Positions 11,619-24,516 are shown, counted from the first letter of the whole stretch. The stretch is DNA of 63,875 nt, filler included, from Olpidium bornovanus S191 (GCA_017911155.1; 34 parts of 34 records of this genome joined end to end with filler, not necessarily neighbours in it); one strand, 5' to 3'. Notes: generated from the sequence alone by a model not told the origin. A program made the numbers and translations.

Positions 11619-12755
11619 GTTGCAACTCAGGCCGGCTGATGCGTGCGTGCGATTCGAAGAGCAGGACGCCAAGGCGGCGACCAGGAGGAAAACACAGGCG
11701 CCGCCTCCGGCTGGTTGCGCGGAGGCGCTGCTTCAGAGAGGGCGCGGTGCTGCGGCAGGACGAGCCGTTCCCGGCCGTGACGTCTAGGGGTTAGCTAATC
11801 GAAGGCTGCCAGTCAACCCCCTAAAATTGAAAATCCATGNNNNNNNNNNNNNNNNNNNNNNNNNNNNNNNNNNNNNNNNNNNNTTAATTAATTAANNNNN
11901 NNNNNNNNNNNNNNNNNNNNNNNNNNNNNNNNNNNNNNNCATGGGTTACGTCGGCGCTATCTTTGAGGGAGCAAAACTCCCCGAGATGTAGCAAATTTCA
12001 GAGTTTTGGACGCAAGTCGGAGGGGGGAAAGGGGGGGGAAACGGACGGGTTGTGTCAGTCATTTGCTGTTTTCGGTCAGCTGGATTTGATTTCGCCGTGA
12101 TCCTCCCGAAGGGCTTTTTGAGCCAGCGGAAAACAAAACAAAAAAAAAACCCACCCAGTTTCCCCCTTCCGCCTCCCCGCAAAACCAAAAGAAAATTCCG
12201 TCCGTGAACGGCCACACCGTGCGATTATTAAGGTGGGGGCGGGGGCGCCGCCTCGCGCAGTTTGCCGCACACGGGAGAGAAGCCGCGCGGTCGTCCCGCG
12301 TTGGCCGACTCGTCATCAGCGAAACCCCCATTCTTGGCCAACGCCAAAATTTTTCCATCGCGTACAACGAAGGAAAAAAAAAAAAAAAAAAAAAAAAAAG
12401 GGAAAACGAAAAAAAAAACTGGCAAGCGGCGTGGCCAAATTCAGCAGACCGGAACATACCAAGCAGGCACTGCGTACGCTCGCTCGCCTTGTCGCAGGTG
12501 CTACCCGCTTCGCCGAAGTCTTCGATGAACAATGAAATGACAAGGAGAAGTGGCTGAAGACGAAAATCCTGAAGCAGAGAAGGTGAAGAGAGGGGGGTAG
12601 GGCGGGGGGATCAGTATTGTCGATCTGCCGTTCGCTTTGGCAACACAGGAGGCGGATGCAGTACGGGGGAAGAGGGGAGCGGGATTATGGGGGATTCCCT
12701 CTATTGTTCCAGTATATATAGCCGATGGACGGCCGATAAAATATAAAATGCATAG

Positions 12756-12962
12756 CACAGGGATGGACGAGGTTTGGACCGAGGATGCACGAGGTTTGCC
12801 TCGGTTTTACTGGTGTAAATAGCGACGTTTCCAAGAATTCCTCGTGAAACCTCGGCTTTCCGCAGCTTTGAAAAGTTTAAGGATATTTTAGTACGGCTCA
12901 CCGTACTATCAGTATGCAACCTCGTGAATCCCCGTGCATCCGAGGATGCACTCGTCCCTGAG
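12756..12962. mobile_element. Possible MITE-like element with degenerate terminal inverted repeats
   Basis: Left GCACAGGGATG versus right-end reverse complement GCTCAGGGACG; about nine CGAGG/CCTCG motifs, mostly oriented inward; perfect hairpin GTGCATCC-GA-GGATGCAC near 12934-12951. No target-site duplication seen. Confidence 0.35.
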
Positions 12963-13502
12963 CTCGTGGTATAAGTGATTTTTTTTTTTCCAGGTGGACG
13001 TCGGAAAATCGAACCAATGACCTGTCTCCCATTTACTTTGTTTTTGCGATTCGGGGAGTTTTGCAAAGCGGTGGAGGGTCGTTTCTTATTTGAGCGCTGT
13101 ACAACTCGTGCTGTTTACAAAGGGAAGGGACGCCGAGTACCGGTGACATGGGGGCCGCGAGTGACCCAACACCCCCCGGAGTTATAAACAGGAGATAAAA
13201 GAAAAGCAAGAAGAATAAGAAGAAAAAAAAGAACATGTCGAATACGGTTTATTGGCGAACGTGGATCATCGCATCCCGGTCAGGTCCAACGCCGATCCAC
13301 TCGGCTAAAATGGCGGCGGATTTTGCGTGGTAGAAAACCAGCGGCGGTATATCANNNNNNNNNNNNNNNNNNNNNNNNNNNNNNNNNNNNNNNNNNNNTT
13401 AATTAATTAANNNNNNNNNNNNNNNNNNNNNNNNNNNNNNNNNNNNNNNNNNNNCCGCCCGTCGGCCTTCCCTACCGCCACCAGCCAACGACACCCGTGG
13501 AC

Positions 13503-14675
13503 ATGGCGACTGCCCCGGCCGCACTCCGGCCGTCGTCGCGGCCGCAGTCGCTGTTCCGCAGGATAGCGCGCCCGTTAGCGGCACTGCCGCTCGGTAAGTT
13601 GGCTCTTACAGCCCCGCGTTACTTCCGTACTGACGGCCGAGCCTGCTTGGGGTTTGCCGCGCTCCCAAATCCTCTGCGGTTGGTATCCATTGAAGGCCGC
13701 CGGCGGAAGGCAGAGTTCCTGGCTGTCTGGCCTTGCCCTTGCCAAGAGCGGCACGCGCAGGAGCGTCGCACCCGGGATAGGCCGTCGCCGGTTCCTAAAA
13801 GCAAACCTCTACTTTGACCGTGATGAAAATACTGACGAGCCGGCCCCTGCTTCCGGGAATCTCCTCGTTGTTTGTCCGCGTAACCTCCAAAACCGAAGTA
13901 GCGGACGCACTTCCAGTTTGCAGTCGCGCGCCGCGTGCCATCGGTTTTCTCGGTCATCCTTGGTACTCTGCCTCTTGCAAGTGTGATTTACATGCTCTCG
14001 CGCGCAAGAGACGTCGATGCTTACGCGGCCGTCTCCCCGCAGCATCCACACAACCGCGGAAGTCCGAAAACTCCAGAAGCTGGACAGCGCAACGTCGGAT
14101 GTGTTCGCGTCGGAGATCACAGACGCGGATAAGGGCAGCGCTCTAGAACGTTTGTGGAAGTTGAAGGACGAGCCACTACCGTGGAAGGTGGAGAAGTGGG
14201 ATCCGTACCATTACCGGCGGCAGCCAGAGGCTGCCCGCGTCCCCGAGGGCAAATACGGCAAGCCTGACGAGGTGGGGCCCTCGTCGTCAGGGCTTTGAGG
14301 GGAGAGCCGGTGGACGCTGACACTCCCTTTGCTGAGGGTTGCGATTCCGTGCAGTTGTGGCGTCTGGCGGACGAAAATTGCAAGAAGATGGAGCCTGTGT
14401 CATTATGTTGGAGTGATGTCATCATAGAGCCGATGACCTTCGTTTGACAAATGCAATTATCTTTGCCCGTTGCCAACAATCTTTTGTCGAAAACTACATT
14501 CGCCAGATGAAGTATATGACCCACAATTTTCCGACGAGCGTCAAAAAGCTTCGCCATGTCGCGAACTTGATTACGGGGATGATGCTCGACGACGCGATTA
14601 AGCAGCTCGAGTTTTGCAAGAAGCTGAGTGCAGAAACTGTGGCCACCGCACTCAAAAAGGCCCGCCGTAATGCGA
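13503..14675 (+). CDS. MRPL22: Mitochondrial ribosomal protein L22 (uL22m), multi-exon, 3' truncated
   Basis: Arg/Ser-rich presequence-like MATAPAALRPSSRPQSLFRRIARPL; uL22 core NFPTSVKKLRHVANLITGMMLDDAIKQLEFCKKLSAETVATALKKARRNA. Confidence 0.85.
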
Positions 14676-14817
14676 NNNNNNNNNNNNNNNNNNNNNNNNN
14701 NNNNNNNNNNNNNNNNNNNTTAATTAATTAANNNNNNNNNNNNNNNNNNNNNNNNNNNNNNNNNNNNNNNNNNNNAGGGAAGGAAAGCAAAAAAAAAAAA
14801 AAAAACACCCCAAACAA

Positions 14818-14855
<38 letters not shown>

Positions 14856-15433
14856 GCGCGGGGGGGGGCCCCCCCCCCCCCCCCCCGGCGGCTTCGCGTC
14901 GGGCGTTTGACGCGGACGAAAAAGACAAGAGAGAGCAGGTCTCCTCCCGACGTGAATCGGAAAAAAAAAAAAAAAAAGCCGGCCGCGCCGCCTCGGCGGG
15001 ACGAAAGAGACCAGGCCGCGATATTCATCTCGGCAGAAACAACAAATGGGTGCGTGTTCGCGAAGAGCCCCTCCTCGCCTGTGGCGCGTCGCAGGTTGTG
15101 CCTCCGCGCAAGGTGCTGTTGCCCTCCTTCTACGGCTGCCGCCCTGCGAGTATCGGTCGAGCAGTGCTCCTCCCCCCCCCCTCCGCCTCGAATAACGCGG
15201 AGTCGGAAGAAGAGGGGGAGGACCACTGCGTGTCGCGACCAGTGTAGGGGCGGGCGGTACGGACATCACTTCCAGGAGGCACGTCATCTGTGTGGCTGTC
15301 TTCTGCCTACGTTGCAACCGTGAAAGCCTTTCCTTATTTTCTTGGTCGTCTGCCGCAGCATACCACGTCGCACTTACCGTGCTTTCCCCCCGCCGCCCAT
15401 TTTTGACGTCTCCCCCGAAACCGCTCTTCCATA

Positions 15434-17173
15434 GCGACTGACGAGGAGTTCCCGTCGTTGAAGGCAGCTGCCGCCACGCCCAGTTCGAAGAAGGGGAAGG
15501 ACAAGAAACAGAAACTCATACTCAGCGAATTTTCAGGCTCCTGCGGAGGGAGTTGGGCAGACGAGGTGATCGAAACGCTGCCGACTGCACCTGCGGCATC
15601 ACGCGGTACGTTTTTTTTTTGTGTCCGATAGCACGGAGGACGACGAGCACCGGGAATTTCGTTTCGGGAAGCGAGGGAAACGCGGACGCCGCAGCGCGGT
15701 TTTTACGACAACAGCCCCCGCTCGCGTTGGAACTCGTTGTATTTTCAGGCGATGACTATAGTGCAAGAAGTCGCGTCAGCGACGGTCGCGGTGCTTATTC
15801 TGACCGCGACTCCTTTCATGGTACGCATCGAACGCCGATTGTCGGAGGGGGCGGCGTAAATCATTCATCAGTGTAGAGGCTGACACCCCATGTTTCGTTT
15901 CTGCGATTTATTGCCTACCAACGTAGCTTCGCGGCAGCATGCTCCATTGCCGGCAACTCCTCCGTTCACCGCGTACGTGGGAAATTTACCGTACGACACG
16001 ACCGATCAAGAACTTGGAAACTTATTTCGGGGAGTGAGTCGAAAGCGCCGCGAAAGCCTGACAAATGCATACCAATCGTGCCTGGTCTCACTTTTCCCGA
16101 ATTTCCCGACAACGGTAAGGTCACGCACGTCCGGTTGGTGCGCGATAGAGACGGAAAGTCCAAGGGATTTGCCTACGTCGAGTTCAAGAGCGTCGACGAT
16201 CTAAACGGAGGCTTGAGCCTTGACAATATGGTGAGTATACTAGGTATTGCCCACATCTGACGTGGACGCAGCTTGGTGGCCCTGCGTCTAAGACAACAGT
16301 TTACGTCAGAGTTTCGGAGGGCGTAGTCTTCGTGTCAACGTCGCGGAGCCGTGTAAGTTTGAAGGGGACGTTGTGATACGATTTCCGGCTTGTTTCATCA
16401 ACTTCCTGCTGACTGCGCAATGTTTAGGCCACGACAGACCGGAGCGTGAAGACCGCACCGATGTGGCGAGCTGGCGACGGGCGGCGCCGGTGGACTTGCC
16501 TCGGGGTCCGCGTAATGGAGATCGCGGTAGTTTTGGCAGCGGATTTGGCGGAGGCTTCGGTGGTACTAGCGGAGGCTTTGCCGGTGGACGCGGTGCTTTC
16601 GGTGATCGCAGAAGCTCGGGTTCCTTCAGTTGGGGAAACGCCCCCTTTGGCGATCGCCGAGGTTCCTGTTCTAGCTTCGGAGACCGGCACCGTCCGGATT
16701 TTGCGGCGGAACGCGAGTGGCGCAGGTCATCAGAGGACAACCTCAATGGTCGCCGAGGGCTCGGAGATCATCCCCCACGGGAGCCGAGCCGGTTCATTCC
16801 GTCATCGGCGCAAACATTCGATCGTCCCTTCGCAAACAACTACCGGACAAGAGGAGGTCCGCCTTCCGTCAACGGCCATTTCAGCTCTACGGCCTTCTTC
16901 TTCGTTAGAACTCGTTCTCCTACGACTTCTTTCGCTCCCCGAGTCAACATCCCACGGCCTCACGTCTGCGCGTTCCCCGTTTTTCTTCCACGTCAGGCCA
17001 CAGCCGGGATTCATCGGATTCTGCGCAGGTGCACCGCAAGCTCATCCTGCAACCGCGCTTTGCCTCCGCGGCTTTGCCAAGCGAGGGGCCGGCGGCGGGA
17101 GCGCCCGTCACGCGGAGTAAACCCAACCCGTTCGGCCAAGCCAAGCCGAGGGACGAGAACAAAGCTCTGCATG
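15434..17173 (+). CDS. EIF4B: Translation initiation factor 4B, multi-exon, partial
   Basis: KKGKDKKQKLILSEF..GSWADEV..LPTAP; RRM PPFTAYVGNLPYD..KSKGFAYVEF..GRSLRVNVAEP; Gly/Arg/Asp-rich repeats; RKLILQPR..RSKPNPFGQAKPRD. Confidence 0.93.
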
Positions 17174-17578
17174 NNNNNNNNNNNNNNNNNNNNNNNNNNN
17201 NNNNNNNNNNNNNNNNNTTAATTAATTAANNNNNNNNNNNNNNNNNNNNNNNNNNNNNNNNNNNNNNNNNNNNGCGCGGGGGGGGGGGGGGGGGGGGGGG
17301 CGGGGGGGGGGGGGGGGGGGGAGAAAAAAACCCCCCCCCCCCCCCCCCCCCCCCCCAGCAAATCCCCCAATAAATCCCAATCGCTCTCCTCCTCGTCTTC
17401 CCCGTCCCCCCACTCTCACCCTCACCTGCCCGGCGAAACCTCCGCGCCCCCGCACTCTCCCCTCCCGGCGCCCAGTCGTCACTGACTTTCCGGCGCCGAC
17501 CGCGGCCGCGCCGCGCGCCCCTGTCCCCCGCTCCCTTCCCGCGCCGCCTGTCTCCCCGCCAAGCAGGTTTTCGTCACG

Positions 17579-18401
17579 ATGTGCCCGAGCCAAACGGACC
17601 AACAGCAGCTCCCGCAGCTCAAGCGGCGGCCAACCGCGGCTGCCGGCGCCGGTACGGGCGGCCCTGTCGCGGTCTCTACCGGAGTAATGGGCCTGACGCA
17701 ACCGCCAGGCGTAGGCAGCCCGTTGCTACTCGAGCGCGTCAAGACGATACCGCTCAGGAAGAAGCGCCAGCCTGAGGAGCGCGGCATCGAGACACGATGG
17801 CGCATGTTCGCGGTGGCCCTGGTCTACGTCACCGCTGTCCTGGCCTTCGTCGCTCATCGACACTACAAACTCCCTCGACCGTTAGCAGAACCGTTTGACG
17901 CAAAGGGTCGGCCGCAGTTTTCAGAGGCCAACGCCCGCGAAATCATCAAGTACCTGGCGGATGATCTGGGCGCTCGTATGTTCTTGGCCGTGTGCCGCTC
18001 GTGGTGATCGGTTTTTGAATCGTGTTGCCGGCGAACTCGCCGACCGGTGCGGCCGCGTCAAGAATCCCGCTTTTCCAATTCCTATTTTCCTTCCTTTGCC
18101 AATTGACCGGTTTGGCACGGCGAAAATTACAGGCGTTGTCGGAACTCCAGAAGAGCACCTGGCGCGCGACTATATCCTGCACCGCTTGCGAGAGTACGAG
18201 ACACTGGCACGAAAGAACGCGGCCATCGCGGAATTTGAGATCGACGTCCAGAACGGCTCTGGTGGCCACCGCTTTGATTTCATGGACAAAGGTGCAAGCG
18301 ATTGTTGCGAGGTTCCGCTTCCAAGCGAACGTTGTCTTGACGTGCCGAGTACGTTGCCACCCTTGAACTCCAGTCGTTTGGAAACGATATGTCAATGTTA
18401 C
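17579..18401 (+). CDS. M28 family membrane metallopeptidase (ERMP1/Pff1-like), N-terminal part
   Basis: One TM segment (WRMFAVALVYVTAVLAFVA), QFSEANAREIIKYLADDLGAR|VVGTPEE..EIDVQNGSGGHRFDFMDK|VVWKRYVNV. Confidence 0.85.
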
Positions 18402-18502
18402 NNNNNNNNNNNNNNNNNNNNNNNNNNNNNNNNNNNNNNNNNNNNTTAATTAATTAANNNNNNNNNNNNNNNNNNNNNNNNNNNNNNNNNNNNNNNNNNN
18501 NC

Positions 18503-18543
<41 letters not shown>

Positions 18544-19658
18544 CCTTTTTGCACCGGCAATCGACGGTCCGCTTTGTGCGCTGCGCCGGGGACGGCTTCT
18601 ACGTGCCGTCGGGCAAAGGTCTGTTTTTTTTTTTTTGCGCAGACGGAGGGCGGTCTCTTGCGCCGAGGGTGGCGTTCGTTTCACTTTTGCGCCGACGGGT
18701 GGCGACTTCTATACCCCGACGGACGGCGATCGCGTGCGCCTGCGCCGGATTTCGATTCTTGTGCGCTGCAAGGCGGTATTCCTTTTCTTAGCGCCGGCGG
18801 GGCGCCGGGTCTTCTTTGTGAAGAGGGGTTTTTTTTTGGGGGGTTACGTTTTTGTGTTTTTGAAGACGGGGAAGTCAACATGTTGGGCTCCTAACCTGTT
18901 GAAAACGGGATTTCGGGTTCAAAATGGAGCTCCAGGGAGCTGCGCTATTCCGAGATTGTCCTTTTTTACAGAAAGGATTTCATGAGTGAAACCCGGTGGG
19001 TGCGGTCCTGAGCCCTTTTGTTTCAGGCTGTGTTTCAACAAATAATGCAGTTACGTTTACATGTTTGATTTACGCTAAATGCCATCGCGAAATTCTCCAT
19101 CGGCCGTGGAATCGCCGTCAGCCCACAGTCTGCTCGCGCCTCTTCTTCCCCCTGCAAACCACCGCGCGCTCGTTTCCCGCGCGTCTGCTGGTGAGCCGGC
19201 CAAGTGCCGGGAGAAAATCGAGAAGCGGGACAGTTGCGGGGGCGAAGCAGCCGCGAGTTTGGCGGGAGTTGAAAACGGGGAGGAGGAGGGGGGGGCGGGG
19301 GAAGACAGCGACCGGGAACTCAAACTCCGTTTTATTGACCTCCTGTAGATCCGCTACATAAGAGATCCCTCCCTTGCCCCACCCCCCACATCCCAATACC
19401 GAAAAAGCCTTTCCATTAAACACTGCGATGTAAATTCCCCCAAATGCCAATTGGACAGAAAATAATGACAAGGGACCTGTGTGTGTGCGTGACATGTCAA
19501 TGATGCGCGGGCCTGACTAAGGCCAGGTGAAAGGTACTTAACTGCAAATGTTCATGCGCGCCATTGTGCGAAAGGGAAAAACGGGAAATAGATAGGATAT
19601 GCTTCGGGGGGGGGGGAGGAAGATAGGGAGGGAGACGGGTGGGCTGGCTAAGTGACAG

Positions 19659-19780
19659 TTTATGCGCATGACAAGCACGCGGAGGGAAACGGCTGGCTGT
19701 GGTGGTTATGCGCGCATGAAAAGCACGCGGAGGAAATCGGCTAGCAATGTGGTGGTTATGCGCATGAAAAGCACGCGAGA
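19659..19780. repeat. Three imperfect ~50-bp tandem units
   Basis: TTATGCGC(GC)ATGA.AAGCACGCG repeated three times, first two followed by GAGG.AA..GGCT.GC..TGTGGTGG. Confidence 0.85.
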
Positions 19781-19963
19781 GTTACAAACGTCAATGAAAT
19801 TACGCGGAACACGGCACGGCAATGGATAACTGCAAAAGGCGGAACCGGGAGGTGTCGGTCAGTCGCGAGGCGACGGGACTGCGGGAAATCAACAAAAACA
19901 CGGGCGCGTAACTTTTCCGAACCTCGGGGAGTTCCTTGGAGGAGAAGCCGAACACAAACGTTT

Positions 19964-20383
19964 TCAGAACAGGGCCTTCCAGCCAACGGCTGCGGCCGCG
20001 GGGGCGAAAACGGCGAGAGATGGGGCGTGATCAGGACGGGCGGCGGCGGCGGAACTCTGGTTCGGGCGGACAGTGGGGGCGGTCCCGGCGCCGGTGTTGA
20101 TCTTGCTTGTGGTGGCGGAGGTGGGCTGGGGCGTGAGACCGGCCGAGGAGGAGGTCGCGTTGCCTGCGGCGGGGCCGGTCGGGACGGCGCCGGACGGCGA
20201 CGACGAGGACGACGTCGGGGAGGCGGCCGCGGACGAGGAGGGGGTGTCGTCGGAGCCGCCGCCGTCGGGCGTCTCGTCGGCAGAGGGCGCGGAGGTCGTG
20301 GACGGCGAAGACGGCGTCGACTGGGCGGCGACGAACGCCGCGGCCAAAAGGGCGAGGAGAAGCAGGACGGCGAGGGCCTTCAT
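19964..20383 (-). CDS. Intronless secreted Ser/Thr/Pro-rich protein, probably GPI-anchored (139 aa)
   Basis: Signal peptide MKALAVLLLLALLAAAFVAAQ, low-complexity S/T/P body, small-residue site (NQSSAAA) and hydrophobic tail SLAVFAPAAAAVGWKALF. Confidence 0.8.
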   Translation of the reverse strand: MKALAVLLLLALLAAAFVAAQSTPSSPSTTSAPSADETPDGGGSDDTPSSSAAASPTSSSSSPSGAVPTGPAAGNATSSSAGLTPQPTSATTSKINTGAGTAPTVRPNQSSAAAARPDHAPSLAVFAPAAAAVGWKALF

Positions 20384-20651
20384 AGTTCTGTCACCGGAGG
20401 GGACGTGGGGTGTGGGGTGCGCGCGCGCCCGCGTCCTACTCCTCTTCTTCTTTTCGTTCGAGCGCTTCGCGGGAGGGCCGGAGAGAGCGCGCGAGAGCGA
20501 GGGGCCGCGGGACTGGGGGCGGAGAAAGCGGGCCTATTTTTCTCTTTTCTTTTCGCGAAAGTTCCGGGGCAGGTGGGGGATACGCGCAAGAGTTTGGGGA
20601 CGGCGAGGAGGCGGCGGGGGCGGGGGGGCGGGGGCGGGGGCGGGGGTCCCC

Positions 20652-20659
20652 TTTATATA
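20652..20659 (-). promoter_or_regulatory. Candidate TATA box of the GPI-protein gene
   Basis: TATATAAA on minus strand about 270 bp upstream of ATG 20383 in otherwise very GC-rich DNA. Confidence 0.45.
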
Positions 20660-20823
20660 CCCCTGGGGAGAAAGGGAAGGGCGAGGCTGGGTGTTGTTTC
20701 CGCGGGGCCTTTTTTTTTTTTTTTTTTCTCTCTCTCTCCTTTTTCCCCCTTCCGCGTTTTCGAAGAAGAGTAACGGGCGGAGCGAGAGAGAGAAACTTCA
20801 CGCGTTTTTGTTGTTTTTCTTTG

Positions 20824-20869
<46 letters not shown>

Positions 20870-20956
20870 GCGAAAAAAATTTCGCGTGGGGGGGGGGGGG
20901 GGGGGGAAAGGGGCGCGGGGGGGGGGGGGGGGGGGAAAAAAAAAAAAAAAAGGGGG

Positions 20957-21006
<50 letters not shown>

Positions 21007-21074
21007 CTCTGGCGCGCGGCCGTCAACCCCTCCTCCACCGCGCCGCCGCGCACGCGCAGCCACGGGCGCGCGAG

Positions 21075-21127
21075 ACAGATAGAGATAGAGAGACGGGGGC
21101 GGAAGCAGAGAGAGAAGGAGAGAGAGC

Positions 21128-21165
<38 letters not shown>

Positions 21166-21220
21166 AGAGAGAGGCAGCACGCGCGCGCGCTCTCTCTCTC
21201 TCTATCTCTCTCTCTCGCTC
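21075..21220. repeat. (GA)n then (TC)n microsatellite tracts
   Basis: Interrupted GA run to about 21172 followed by GCGCGCGC and a TC run. Confidence 0.9.
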
Positions 21221-21353
21221 TTCCCCACCCCCCCCCCCCCTTAACCCCCCAGCCCCAGCCCCCTCTCTTCTCGCCCGCCCTCTCGCGTTCTCTCTCTCGT
21301 TCTTTCTCACGCGGTTGGGCGGGATAAAATTGCACGCACGCCCCCTTCCCCCT

Positions 21354-21430
<77 letters not shown>

Positions 21431-22181
21431 CNNNNNNNNNNNNNNNNNNNNNNNNNNNNNNNNNNNNNNNNNNNNTTAATTAATTAANNNNNNNNNNNNN
21501 NNNNNNNNNNNNNNNNNNNNNNNNNNNNNNNCATGGAAGGCGCGAAATTCTACTCCTCGTTCAGTTTCTTTGTGTCCCTTTGTCTCCCAGACTTACGCTC
21601 CATTTCGCCTGGTGAGGTGGGGTGTTGGATCCTAAACCGAAAAGGGGGTGCAGCACCTGCGCAAAAACGAGAACGCCCGTTCCTTGGCACCGTCCTTCAA
21701 AATATAATGGGCTAGGCGTGTCCCATATAAAACAGACAAGATGGCCGTAGCGGCGCTACCACCGTAGACACCAAGACAGAAAGCCGTCTCTCCTTGTTAT
21801 TCATCTCGCCTTAGTCGGCGTCCGCGCGCGCGATCTCCAATTTCCCGGTCACGAGGTTTGGTTCGTTTCTGAGCTGCATCCGTAGCAAGATGGCGGCCCC
21901 CCCCCCCCGCCCCTTGTCGCGCCCTTTTTTTTTAATTTTTTTTATCTTTTTTTTTAAGGGGGGGACGCGTTTGGACGGTGCTCGGCCTGTATTTCTTCCA
22001 CGGGTCCCTCTCCGTTGCGCGGTCCTCAGCCCGCCCCGCGGCCCCGGTTCCTCCCGGTTCGACCAGGCCGTCCGGCTGTACCGCTGGGCCAGCACAAGGG
22101 GCCACGGCCCTGTGCGCGTGGTTTTCCGCAGTCGGCCTGGCCTGTGCGGCGTAGGGGACGGCGCACAGCGGATTGGGTGAT

Positions 22182-24013
22182 ATGGCTAGTTGCGCGGTCG
22201 GCACGTGGCCCTGGACGAGGCTTTCGCCGTCTGCCAGCGGCTGCGCAAACGCTGTTCCCTCGCCTCGCGTCGGGTGCTCCTTGACCCCGGTCGCGCCACT
22301 GTCCGGCGGGAGCGGTAGCGGCGGCCGTGTCTATATGTTCGGAGGAGCAAGCCACGAGGAAGGGTTTCTGTCCGAGCTGTGGGTCTTCAACTTGGGTAAC
22401 ACCTCCGGCTGCGAACCCGGTGAACATTTCTTGTTTCCTCCGCCGTTGGAATGGCGTTTGACCAGTCTTTGTTGGCCCGGGATCGCGCTCAACTCGCTGT
22501 GTCGCCGAGACAGCCTCGCTGACATGGGCCAAGCAAGAAACGGGCGGCACGCCACCTCCCGCGCGGTACGAGCACGCTGCGTGTTTGGTCACACCCAATT
22601 GTCAGCAGTCGTCCTCAGACTGCCGCAAGCTTCTCATATCTGGTGGCTCAGGGGAGGACGGCGTGCTCGGAGACCTGTGGACTCTCGATATGGGTTCGTG
22701 TTGTATCTCAAGTCAACTGGACGCCGGCGACAGAGGCTGACAAGGCGCCGATCTCAGGTACCTTCCAGTGGACGTCTCACGAGAAAAAAGGGCCCGCGCC
22801 AAGCCCGCGAACGCTGCACCACGCGGCGTTCCTGGAACCTTCAATCCCTGGCGGCAGCCAGTCCTTGTACGTATTAGGCGGGGCCAACGCCGGAACCGAA
22901 CCGGTGGGCGACCGGCGTACGTGGCGCCTGGATTTTGGTAAGGAACGGCGACGGAGAATTGCGGCCGCGGTCCAAGTTCTGGTCACATGGCGCATAGTTG
23001 ACGGGTAACCTAACCGTTTCCTGTTGTGTGCACGTAAGACACCTTGAATTGGGAAGTGCTGCACGACGGGGAGGGGCTGGCACCATGCCCCCGCCTTGGT
23101 CACACAATGACCCTTGTGACCGGAACATCGGACATCGTTCTTTTCGGCGGTATGAATGCCGGTACCACCTACGGGGACACGTGGATTTTCAACATCGGTT
23201 CGTGCCTCAATCTGTGTCTGTTCGTAGGTTTCGTATGTGGAGGAATATCGACGGCCCGGCGATTCCACGCAAATTAATAGATCCTACCGTTTGTAGAGAA
23301 ACGCACATGGTCGAAGGTGACGTCAGAACCAGCCCCGCCCCCAAGGTCGGGCCATGCTGCTTCAGCTCTAGAACGGGTGGTGGTTCTCTTCGGCGGGATG
23401 TCCACAAACACGAATCTCCCTGAGGTCATGGGCGACATGTGGGTTTTTGACGCAGGTATGGGCAGAAGTAAAAGAACCAGGGTAACAGCGGATAATAATA
23501 CGTTGCCGTCGGCGACAGCAATTTCGTCGGGGCCACACACGTTACTTTTTCATATACGGATCCTTTTGGTTTTTGCTTTTCATACCAATGGCAGACGCGC
23601 GTGCATGGCGATCCATAGACATCCCGGCCGATGCACCGTCGCCCGGCAGGAGGTTGGACTTCGGCATGTGCGCCTTGATGGTGCCTTTGCAAACCGGAAG
23701 GGAGGGCTACGGAGACGACGTCCTAGTCGACGAGATCGTCAAGACGTTGACGGTTGAAAGGAGGGCGTTGACCCAAGGGGCTGAGGAAGGCAAGGAGCGA
23801 ACATCTCGGAGCGGAGGATGCACCGAATGCACCTGGGGCCAGGACCCGTGCGAGACGGATAAAACGGGCATCATGTTGTTTGGAGGGATGGATTTCGCGG
23901 CTGTATCGAACGAATCGTGGGTGTGCTGCGCGCCGCAACGAGAAAAACCGCGTCCTTCTGAGGCGTGTGCGACTGAGAGAAGCCATGTGAATGTACAACG
24001 AAATCCGAGATGA
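22182..24013 (+). CDS. RABEPK: Six-kelch-repeat protein, RABEPK/p40-like, apparently complete, multi-exon
   Basis: Repeats in RABEPK order: PSPRVGCS..VYMFGGAS; PPARYEHAA; PSPRTLHHAA..LYVLGG; PCPRLGHTM..LFGGM; PPRSGHAA..LFGGM; PGRRLDFGMC + insert + IMLFGGMD. Confidence 0.7.
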
Positions 24014-24447
24014 TTGGGAATGTACGAAAGGGACAATGGTTCATACCAGCGAGGGAGGGGGTGCTCTGATTCACGTAAACCAATGGCTTAGTTGCTGTGA
24101 CTGGNNNNNNNNNNNNNNNNNNNNNNNNNNNNNNNNNNNNNNNNNNNNTTAATTAATTAANNNNNNNNNNNNNNNNNNNNNNNNNNNNNNNNNNNNNNNN
24201 NNNNACCCCCCTAAACGCGCTGTCTCTGCTGCCGAATCCCATCAGACGACCCTCCCCCCAACCCCTCGCCCCCAAACCGCCCTGACACGCCTCGTCGCCA
24301 GCAAAAAAAAATGTATTTCGCCATGGGGGGTTCCGGCGGCGGCGGTTTTGCCGCCGCGCACGCACACGGGAAGCCGCACGCGAGACACCCCGTGACACCA
24401 CGGAAAGTGAAAAAAAAAAAAAAAAAAAAAAAAAATAGAATAAGAGC

Positions 24448-24479
<32 letters not shown>

Positions 24480-24516
24480 CCCACCTCCCTCTCCCACTCT
24501 CACTCTCTCTTTTTTT

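Noticed and set aside
12480-12585. Possible TGA read-through or alternative genetic code (FDEQ*NDKEKWLK)
   Set aside because: No homology support, pyrimidine tracts suggest the opposite strand, and recognised genes such as DPH1 and the cyclase exon end at TGA normally.
20027-21479. Long ORFs of 250-470 aa with poly-F, K, G, P, ER or LS runs
   Set aside because: Translations of homopolymers and microsatellites or antisense shadows of the GC-rich GPI-protein gene.
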